A stretch of 64,000 nucleotides of DNA from the NCBI RefSeq assembly GCF_009914755.1, contig NC_060943.1. One strand, written 5' to 3'. This document shows positions 49,326 to 64,000 of this stretch, piece by piece. Positions within the stretch are counted from its first letter, which is position 1, and the number at the start of each line of letters is the position of its first letter. The translations under genes and the position numbers were made by a program. This DNA comes from the human T2T-CHM13v2.0 reference genome, Homo sapiens. The notes beneath the pieces were generated by a model. The model was not told the DNA's origin. It ran no database searches and saw nothing but the letters and a program-made list of their open reading frames with translations.

Positions 49326-50025
49326 GTGAGGATAAACTGCTGGTCTTTTCAAGATAGAAGGAGCCCCATGTGGTCAACCTGCTCCCCTGGCTGGCTGGTC
49401 TCCTCAAGAAAGAAGGCCCTCTGGGTGTTCTGCTATTGTCTCTTGCTGACCATTCGGACATTCCGAAGCAGCACCAGCTCAATGGATCTTTGCAAATGGG
49501 AGGATCAGCCCTTGTGGCCACTCTGTTTATCAGGCCATCATACCATCAGGTGGCCAATGATAAAGGCTGGAAAATGTTATGTGGCAAAATGAATGCCTAT
49601 CTGCCTCCTATGTGACATACAACACAAATATTTTCATTTATCATATCCAGTCCTCTATGTCCATCTACATACCTGTCTACACTGTTTCATCATTTTCTTT
49701 CAAAGCCCATGACCAGGTGGTCCCACCACCTCAAATGACTTTTTCTTCCAGACAACGTGGATGACCAGATGTGCCGCTTGCAGTTCCACCCTTTGCAGAG
49801 ATTTTTTCTATACACCCCTTTTTCAGGGTGTCCCTGAACTTGGCTATAATGAAGCCATGGCTCATTTTTTATTGTACTCACATACCAAGCCAATCTGTCT
49901 ATAAAGCAAACTCAGGCATTTTTCTCTTCTTTTTTTTTTTTTTTTTTAATAGTACAGGACATCTCCTGCTCCCCAATGGACCCTAGGTACAAGCTAAAGG
50001 CGTGGTGTTGGTGCGATAATGGTGA

Positions 50026-50250
<225 letters not shown>

Positions 50251-50655
50251 TAGCCAGGATGGTCTCGATCTCCTGACCTCGTGATCCACCTGCCTCAGCC
50301 TCCCAAAGTGCTGGGATTACAGGTGTGAGCCACTGCACCCAGCCGGGGTCTCGGCTTTCTACACGTGCAGCTTTCTCATGCCTCTGGTCCTGTTTGGGTT
50401 CATTCTCAGATGTGCCATTTCCACCATGGATTGGGGCTGGGCCTGTCTAATGTTACGACTTAGTAGGGCCCATAGAATCAGGTTATAGTGGGAAATTTCA
50501 TATATGTGGTCATTGGTACCCCGTCATCAAGCATCCCATATCTACAGGACTTGGTAACAAACCAGGAACTATTTCTCAAAGACATATAAATATTTCCAGT
50601 GGATGGCATAGCCTCATTCTAGAATCCTTAAAACCTGATCATGATTTTCCCACTA

Positions 50656-50955
<300 letters not shown>

Positions 50956-51368
50956 TCAAAACAAAAAAAAAAAAGAGAGAGAGATTCCATAGATGCACTC
51001 TGAATTTTGTTCACCAATGACCTTCAACACCATAGATCTAGCAGATAATATGGCCCAAGCATAGGGGTGTATGATGTGAGAAGAGGAGATTATGTTGGTA
51101 TGTGGGTGATCCATTTAAACACTTATCAGTAGACTTTCTCTCAATTTTCACAATCAATGGTCAAATGCAACAGACATGACCTGAAAAAGAAATGACAACC
51201 AGGACTTGGAATGCTTAGGGATGAAGGTCAAGGTCACCCCACCACCTGAATCACCCAACAACAGAAGTGTTATACAAGGAGAGGGGAGGTCGGGTGCGGT
51301 GGCCCATGTCTGTAATCCCAGCACATTGGGAGACTGAGGTGGGCAGATCACCTGAGGTCAGGAGTTCA

Positions 51369-51747
<379 letters not shown>

Positions 51748-52376
51748 CTACCTATATCAGTGGGACCTTGAGATGACAGGCAGCAGCAGAGGCTGCTGTT
51801 TGAACCACTGACCCTCCTTTTGTAAGTATTTCATCCTATTGGCCTCTCTTCCCTAAAACGACACAAAGGAAACCATGGGGAATGCCACTCCTTGAATGTA
51901 CACAAAAAGTTTATCCAAATGGCTGAAGGAGTGGATGGTCATGGATGCTGCGTTGCATTCCTTACTTATCCATTTCAGAATGAAGGTCCTGTTCTTCAGG
52001 GCATAAGGAGTGTAGCCATATGGCAGCCTGCAGCCTCAATCCCCTTAGAGAGTTGCTCTCAGCTGAAGGAGGCTGCTTTATTCATGGTGGAAACACTCAT
52101 CTCTCTTGCTGTAGGAGCATAACTGACCCAGAGCCATCTGTATTCATTACTATGTTTGTGCCAAGCTTGCTCCTGGGCTGCTCCCATCACGGCTAGAACA
52201 CAGCAAGGCACCTGTGCATGCTCCTTCCTGTGTCCACAATGACATTGATGACCTGGGTCAATTACTCCTGCCAGGTGGGAGCTCCTCTCCTTGGCATGAG
52301 AGCCCTGAAGTGCTAGGCAGCAGCATGGCTTGAAGTTCTTAGAGACTTCTGCCCTTTCTCTAGAAGGGCTAAGCCT

Positions 52377-52965
52377 TGTTTGAAATGCTTGTTCCCTGGT
52401 ACCATAAAGAAATAGCACTTGAATATAAATTTAATTTCCTCAGCCAGGCCATTTTTATACTTTCTGCAGAAAGGGTACACTCGCCAGCAGTTTTGCCACG
52501 AGAGTATACTGAACAAAGGAGACAAGGTCATTTATAACCTGATGTGTCCACCCTACTGCTGGGTCCGGTTTCCACTGGCTGGAACGGGACCGCACATTCC
52601 GTGTTTGTCCTGATTGGCTAGCAACTTAGAACTTTTTAAAAGAGGCAAAGGCAGAGGAGAACAAAGGAAGGAGAAAGTAACTTGTGGAATGTTGAGAAAG
52701 GTAAAAACACCTTCAAATAAGGAAGAGGAACAGGCTATGACCTAATGCTTGCTTGGACCAGTATAAGCATGCCAGGGCAAATATTTAGGCTAAATTGTGA
52801 GAGCTAAAAACATAAAGTACATTGATTTCTTTATTACGGCTAGCAGATATTTAAGAATGTTAGCACAGGTCTTTGAATAAATTTTGCTTCTAAGGGAAGT
52901 TACTATTTATTCCCAATTAGACAAGGAGGAAAGTCTTTGAAGAGGAACCTCTACTTACTTTTACA
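52377..52965 (-). mobile_element. Solo LTR10C-like ERV1 LTR
   Basis: rc begins tgtaaaagtaagtagaggttcctcttcaaagac; TSD GCCT. Confidence 0.75.
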
Positions 52966-53089
52966 GCCTTTAGAAGCCAAGACCTCTAAATCTGCAGAAG
53001 TCAGACTTGAGAACAGAAGCACAAAGTCCCCAAGTGGCTCCCTGAGAGGAACATCAGGCAGGGACCCTTCTACTTTCCACCCTTGATTT

Positions 53090-54412
<1,323 letters not shown>

Positions 54413-55623
54413 TCCACCCTTGAGTTTTGGACCCATGGATTTTATATATTGGGGATGTAGCACATTATGATTTTTCTTTGTCTTATGGTGTATATTACAT
54501 CCTGCCAATTTTGTAGTCAGTATCTGTGTATTCAAATACCTACATTAATTATTTTCATTCTCTTTGAAATTAAACACATTCCCCTATTGTCCAGTTAAAA
54601 ACATTTTTCAAAATACTCTCCCATACTCCATGCCCCCGTTAGGCTACACTTTCTCTCTTCTCTCCGCTTCCCTAAAAACTTCATAGTTGGTGTACATTTG
54701 CCACCTATATTTCCTCTAGACACACTCTTCACCTACTCCATATGGGCTATTACTGTCCTACCCTTCTATTTAGAGGTAATAAATGAAGCCCTTCCTAAAA
54801 TCAACAAAGGCTTCCATGTCACCAGAAAATGTCAAAAACTATTGTTCAGTCCTCATTTTGTTGGTTCTTTCACCAGGACAAAACCTACTCACCAATTTGC
54901 TTTCCTTCAGGAAGGACTACTTTGGAGTAGATGGTGAATGCCAGGGACTGAAAAGGGGAGAAAATGGGGAGATGCTGGTTAAACCACAAAGGGTTCTAGT
55001 GATGCAAGATTAATAAGTTGTGGATATGTCCTATACAATACAGTGCTTGTAGATATCAATAATGTATTATTTAGAAAAATGTGCTTAAAGGCAGACGTTA
55101 TGTTATGTGTGGTTATCACACATTAAAATATTAAAGCCAGTTGAAACTTTAAGAGGTGATGGGTATGTCCCTCGCCGTAATGGTGGTGATGGTTTCAAGG
55201 ATGTATGCCTGTTTCAAAACTCATCATGTGTATACATTAAATGTCTACAGCTTTTACATTTTAATCATACTTCAATAAAGTGGTTAAAACATAAGGAAAG
55301 TAAATTTAAAAAAAAGATCCCTTTGCCTCTATAACCTTGTGGACACCAAGGGATCCATAAAATCTCCAAAGTTTCTTCAAGGGAGGCACATTCCAGAGAG
55401 AAGATTGCTGAGTTTTGGTTCCTTATAGAAATTAAACTTTCCTGCCAGGGATGGTGGCTCATGCCTGTAATTCCAGCACTTTGGGAGGCTGAGGCGGGTG
55501 GATCACCGGAGGTCAGGAGTTCGAGACCAGCCTGGCCAATATGGTGAAACCCCATCTCTACTAAAAAAAAACTACAAAAATTAGCCGGGCGTGGTGGCAG
55601 GTGCCTGTAATCCCAGCTACTCA

Positions 55624-55776
<153 letters not shown>

Positions 55777-55944
55777 TTAGGGAATACCTTGTGACTTTTA
55801 AATCCAACTAAAGAAAGAGTTTCTCCTTGGAGAAAATAAATTCATCTCCCACTACCGCTGCAAAATTGCCTGAACATTTTCCATTCTGCTATCTTCTTTG
55901 TATCCTAAGGGAGCTGAATTATTTGGAGGGTGGAAAAACAATAG

Positions 55945-56151
55945 AACAATTTATTTAATGAGGCTCTCTGAGAGTTCAACCCTTGAGGCAATGGAAACTT
56001 CGAACTGGGCCCTGCCACCCCTCAAGTGTAATTCTCTGATCCCAGCCTTGGAAAAAACACAATTGGGTTTAACAGGGACACACCATGGAGAAGAGAAAGC
56101 ATCAGTGACAATCAGAGTCAGTGTGACCCAACAAGGGCTGCTGGGGTAAGA
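55945..56151 (+). promoter_or_regulatory. Putative OR7D1P promoter and non-coding exon 1
   Basis: TAATGAG 55956-55962, CCCTTGAGG about 55981, donor GG|GTAAGA 56146-56151; inverted homologue of 45698-45910. Confidence 0.5.
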
Positions 56152-56218
56152 GGAGAGAGAGTGGGTACTGGGCTGTACCTTTAGAGTAATAAGCCTAGAC
56201 AGTCCCATATTTATTTAG

Positions 56219-56476
<258 letters not shown>

Positions 56477-57557
56477 TGATCCCCCTGCTTTGGCCTCCCA
56501 AAGTGCTGAGATTACAGGTGTGAGCCACCGCGCCCAGCCTTGAAGTTCCTGTATTTTAAAGGTACTTTAGTTTTCACCAATACCAGTCTTTTGTAGCCCT
56601 TGTTCTGTTCCTTTTCTTTCCTTCTGGAAGCTGAAGCCTCTTTCCGGGAACAGTTAGGAATGTCCATACTTGAATGTATGATTTTCTGATGATCTCCAAA
56701 TCCTCTCCACTCTCTGCCATAAACTGTAGGTTCCTGGTAGGTTTCCTGAATCCAATCACCTCTTCCTGAATGACTCACTGAAGATCTGTCCTACGCAAGG
56801 TATTGTCTATTTTGTTTCTAATATGATTGGATTTTCTTTTATAATTTTACTATGTTGCTGGCAGATCTGACTTCAAATATTACTAAAGAATTCTATATCA
56901 TTGTTGTTGTCATTACTATTTTTTCACTTCAGTGTCCACAGTGCCATGTAAAAAATAATATTATTTTTGACATTTGAAACTCGGGCCAATTTCCTTTATT
57001 TCATTTTTACCAATGTCTTTAAATGTTCAGGAGACTCTCAGACGATTGATGCTGAGTAGACTGCCTTGGCCTATTCATGAATTTAAGAGGAATGCTGTAG
57101 TGTTTATTTATTGATTGATTGATTGAGATGGAGTCTTGCTCTGTGGCCCAGGCTAGAGTACAATGACATGATCTCGCCTCACAGCAACCTCCGCCTCCGC
57201 CTTCAAGTGATTCTCTTGTCTCAGCCTCCCAGGTAACTGGGATTACAGGCTTGCACCACCATGACCAGCTAATTTTTGTATTTTTAGTATTTTTATTAGA
57301 AATGGGGTTTCACCATCTTGGCCAGGCTGGTCTCAAACTCCTGACCTCAAGTGATCTGCCCACCTCAGCCTCCCAAAGTGCTGGGATTATTACAGGTGTC
57401 AGCCACCACTCCCGGCCTGAGAAATGCTATAGTGTTTTAATATGGACTATGCTGTTGGCTGTGGTTTCCTTTACTAGGTTAAATTGTCCTTGGTGGCCGG
57501 GCATGGTGGCTCATGCCTGTAATCCCAGCACTTTGGGAGGCCAAGGCGGGTGGATCA

Positions 57558-57815
<258 letters not shown>

Positions 57816-58164
57816 TCATGTCCTGAGAGTCTCTGCACTGGCTGCTGTTTGATTTTCTGAAATATATTATTTTGCATTGTGTTTGTGGTTAAGGTTTTTT
57901 TTTTATTGACCTATTATTGTGATGAACTATGTAAACAAACATCCTAATATTAAGCCTGTTTGCTATTAATAGGAGTCTTACATGTTCACGGTGTATGATT
58001 CTTTTAAAATAAACAGAAACGTATTTTATTTAACTTTACTGTTCAATTTAGTGTCTATATTCAGGCATGAAATGAATAAAAATTTCTGTTTTGTGTTATG
58101 GATGTCAGTTTTGATCTCAATCTTTATTACACATCCAAAATCGTGTTTCTTGAACACCTACTAA

Positions 58165-59036
<872 letters not shown>

Positions 59037-59795
59037 CTAAGTGACGGGTACCATGTACACCTCTGGAAAGAAAAATGATGAAAGAAAACACAACCTCAGA
59101 TCCACAAATAAACGTAAAATTACCTACATGAGATGCACTCATGTAGAAAGAGCACAGGATGGTCTCTTGTGGGGCTCACGCTCTGACCCCCCTAACCCTC
59201 ACTCTCCACTCTCCATCTCACTGGTCTCTCAAGTCCCAATTACTAAGCTCTCTGAGTCACGTGCAACCAGGCATTTCATCCTCCCAGCCTACGCTGTCTA
59301 TTCTTTCCTTGCTTCCCCTTTTGAATCATGACCCAATCTTCTTCTCTTAGCTCCAAGATTCCTATTTCAGAACCCAACTTCCTAGACTAAATTCGTCTTC
59401 TATGATGTTTTTCTGGTCTTTGATTAGTTAAATATCTCTAGGCATCAGTATCACTGCCGTTTTTCTACCATGGTAAATGTAATCATTTATTTTCAAATCT
59501 TAAATTTGCCTTTTCTTTTTCTAGGATGACATGATTTATGTAAGTTTTGAATATTTTGAACCAAATCCATGAATTATATATGTTGATGATCGACTCTACT
59601 GACCTTAGTACACTGCAACCCCACTGGAAAGCACGTACACACGAGAACAGACTCACACGTGACTTGTGTTTTATTTTAATGGCTGTGTGCTTTTGTTTCC
59701 TCCTCTTATATATGTAGTCCACATGCTTTTTTCTCTTCTTGGAAGAATCACCTGGCAGGCATTCTGAAGGAAGGAGTCACAGGAATCTTCATTAA

Positions 59796-60380
<585 letters not shown>

Positions 60381-61341
60381 TGAGCCACTGTGCCTGGCCA
60401 CATGTCTTTCTTAAGGTCACACAATAGTAAGTTGGTGGACCAAAATTCTATTCCAGAAAATCTCCCTCAAGATTCCATTTCCTAAATTACACCTATGTAT
60501 TGTACCTTGGAAGAGTGATATATCCAAAATAACTATCTTATAAGAAGAAGGAGTTTAATAATATCGACAGCTATCATTTACTGAGACTCTTATTGTACAC
60601 AAAGCCACTTTTAAAACCTCACAAAGTGATACTGACAATCATATTTTTAGAAAGAAAAAAATAAACGTACACTTAGATAAAAGGTATATGTTCTTTTGAT
60701 CAAGAGCAAAGTAGCATTACTATAGTTAACAACATTGTATTGCATATTTCAAAGTAACTAGAAAAGAGGACGTGAATTGTTCCCAACACATAGAAAGGAT
60801 AAATACTGAAGGTGGTAGACACCTCAGATACCCTGATGTGATTATTATGTATTCTATGCATGTAAGAAAATATCACATGTCCCCCATAAATGAGTAAAAC
60901 ATGAGGTATCCATGAAAACTAAGGAACTGAGAATTAACTGTCACATCACCTGTGTCAGGTCACAGAAAAAAAGATTGCCTGAGTTGAAAATGCGTATCTT
61001 AATCATGATTATACACCTATTAGCATGAAGGAACTATGGAGATGTATCAAAAGACATGGCGAGTCTGCAGTTATGTGGAAGGATCCTATCAAAGAAGAAA
61101 TTACTGTCCATAGGTTTGAATCAAATAATTAAAACTCAGGAGTATATGGTAAAGGAGAAAGATTACTGCTAAATTAAAGGTAGTTTGAGAAACTCCACAC
61201 GTTTCAAATGGAATTAGGCTACCAAATGGCTGAGTGAATCAGGATCTTTGGAAGGACTCCATAGAAGTTGCATCCAAGGGTGATATTGAAGAGTGATTGA
61301 ATGTTGCTTTTTCCTCCTTCCCCAGTAGACACAACAGCTAC

Positions 61342-62334
61342 ATGGAAGCAGAAAACCTTACAGAATTATCAGAATTCCTCCTCTTAGGACTCTCAGATGA
61401 TCCTGAACTGCAGCCCGTCCTCTTTGGGCTGTTCCTGTCCATGTACCTGGTCATGGTGCTGGGGAACCTACTCATCATCCTGGCCGTCAGCTCTGACTCC
61501 CACCTCCACAGCCCCATGTAATTCTTCCTCTCCAACTTGTCCTTTGTGGACACCTGTTTCATCTGCACCACAGTCCCCAAGATGCTAGTGAACATCCAGG
61601 CACGGAGCAAAGACATCTCCTACATGGGGTGCCTCACTCAGGTGTATTTTTAAATGATGTTTGCTGGAATGGATACTTTCCTACTGGCTGTGATAGCCTA
61701 TGACCGGTTTGTGGCCATCTGCCACCCACTGCAGTACATGGTCATCATAAACCCCCATCTCTGTGGCCTCCTGGTTCTGGCATCTTGGTTCATCATTTTC
61801 TGGTTCTCCCTGGTTCATATTCTACTGATGAAGAGGCTGACCTTCTCCACAGGCACTGAGATTCCGCATTTCTTCTGTGAACTGGCTCAGGTCCTCAAGG
61901 TGGCCCGCTCTGATGCTCTCCTCATTAACATTGTCTTGTATGTGGCCACGGCACTGCTGGGTGTGTTTCCTGTAGCTGGGATCCTCTTCTCCTACTCTCA
62001 GATTGTCTCCTCCTTAATGAGAATGTCCTCCACCGAGGGCAAGTACAAAGCCTTTTCCACCTGTGGATCTCACCTCTGTGTGGTCTCCTTGTTCTATGGA
62101 ACAGGACTTGGGGTCTATCTGAGTTCTGCTGTGACCCATTCTTCCCAGAGCAGCTCCATGGCCTCAGTGATGTACGCCATGGTCACCCCCATGCTGAACC
62201 CCTTCATCTACAGCCTGAGGAACAAGGATGTGAAGGGGGCCCTGGGGAGACTCCTTAGCAGGGCAGCCTCTTGTCTCTTACGGTACACAACCTCAGAACT
62301 AAGAGGATGCTATGGGTCCCTTAAGCAAATGTGA
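61342..62334 (+). pseudogene. OR7D1P: OR7D4 paralogue pseudogene (OR7D1P-like)
   Basis: About 95% identical to OR7D4 by eye; in-frame TAA at codon 60 (61519-61521) and codon 104 (61651-61653); MAYDR changed to IAYDR; C189R; normal stop lost with read-through to 62334. Symbol from recalled cluster order. Confidence 0.85.
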
Positions 62335-62491
62335 ATGCGCATATCCTAGATCTTGCTCTCCCCTAAAATATATGTTGCAGTTTCCTATTTTCAAAGCACC
62401 TACGACTTTGCTTAAAATGTTTTTGTATGGCCGGGCACGGTGGCTTACACCTGTAATCGCAGCACTTTGGGAGGCAGAGGCGGGCAGATCA

Positions 62492-62734
<243 letters not shown>

Positions 62735-62813
62735 TTAGGTTGGTGCAAAAGTCATTGCAGTTTTGCCATCAAAAGTAATGGCCAAAACTGCAATGACTTT
62801 TGCACCCACCTAA
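62735..62813. mobile_element. MADE1 (Hsmar1-derived palindromic MITE)
   Basis: ttaggttggtgcaaaagtcattgcagttttgccat / atggccaaaactgcaatgacttttgcacccacctaa flanked by TA. Confidence 0.85.
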
Positions 62814-63361
62814 TATATTTCTGCTGAAGAGCTCTCTCAGTAATTCCTTTTAAAGTTTTCTTCTCTGCACATAGTCCTTAAAGTTCCATCTTTGATCCAT
62901 TTTTTTAGTGCCATTCCTGAGATTTCTAACTTGACATTATAAAACTCTTCATGTCAAATGCTGACACGCGTCCTCGAAAATGATCCATTTGAATGTTACT
63001 GTTTCATCTTAATTTGGTTTTGCTCGTTATCCCTGGAAGAAATAAAATGAAATTCATAAAATATTCAAAGCAAAGTACTTACCATATCAAAACTCTGCTT
63101 ACTAGTTTACATCTATAAACTATTTCATCCTAAAAACCTTTCTTTGAGTTATTTTCTCTCATTCACTCTATTTCTCAGAGGAAGAGATTGAGTTGAGGTC
63201 GGCTATATCAGGCAGTGTGACACTGCAGCCCCACTACTAACTTTGCTGACCCGAATTTCATAAAAATACTCAGGAGCTTTTCAAGTTGAAAGCTGGGATC
63301 TAGATTCACAGGCTGGTTCATTCATAAAATTCATAGAGATTAGTGCTTCGGAGTACCCTGA

Positions 63362-63718
<357 letters not shown>

Positions 63719-64000
63719 TAGCCAGGATGGTCTCGATCTCCTGACCTTGTGATCCATCCGCCTCAGCCTCCCAAAGTGCTGGGATTACAGGCATGAGCCA
63801 CCGCGCCCGGCCTAGGTTGTTTTATTTGTTAATGTTAATTTCCTTCGTTCCTTTTTATGGTGGAGCAATATTCCACTAGATGTGCAGACTGCAAAGTGTT
63901 TATTCACTCATCCATTGATGGACAAGGGGTGATTTCCATCTTTGGGCTACTGTAAATAGTGCTGCCATGAACATGCATGTAAATTTGTTTGTTTGGTTCT

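Overview
Human (primate) genomic DNA, very Alu-rich (about 55 Alu copies) with L1 and LTR elements. I recognise it as part of the chr19p13.2 OR7D/OR7E olfactory receptor cluster. It holds two intact receptor genes: OR7D2 (+, 11976-12914) and OR7D4 (-, 41034-40096, the androstenone receptor, here the R88/T133 allele). There are three OR pseudogenes: two OR7E-type (about 17.5 kb and 30.5 kb) and an OR7D4 paralogue (OR7D1P-like, 61.3 kb). An Alu-interrupted processed Elongin C (ELOC) pseudogene is also present. I found no new gene system. The less obvious signals are structural. (1) OR7D4 and its pseudogene form the arms of an approximately 24 kb degenerate inverted repeat, with coding regions far more similar than the flanks, which suggests gene conversion. 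(2) The pseudogene carries residues matching several OR7D4 variants that I recall from the literature. (3) Two short local templated insertions lie upstream of the OR7D4 CDS, one of them an OR coding fragment pasted into a THE1 LTR. (4) An orphan OR7D 3' flank marks a probable deleted gene next to a SATR-type satellite. (5) A 139-bp tract is nearly identical across the 7D and 7E subfamilies. Repeat subfamily names and pseudogene symbols are from memory of consensus sequences, and identities are estimated by eye. Both need confirmation.
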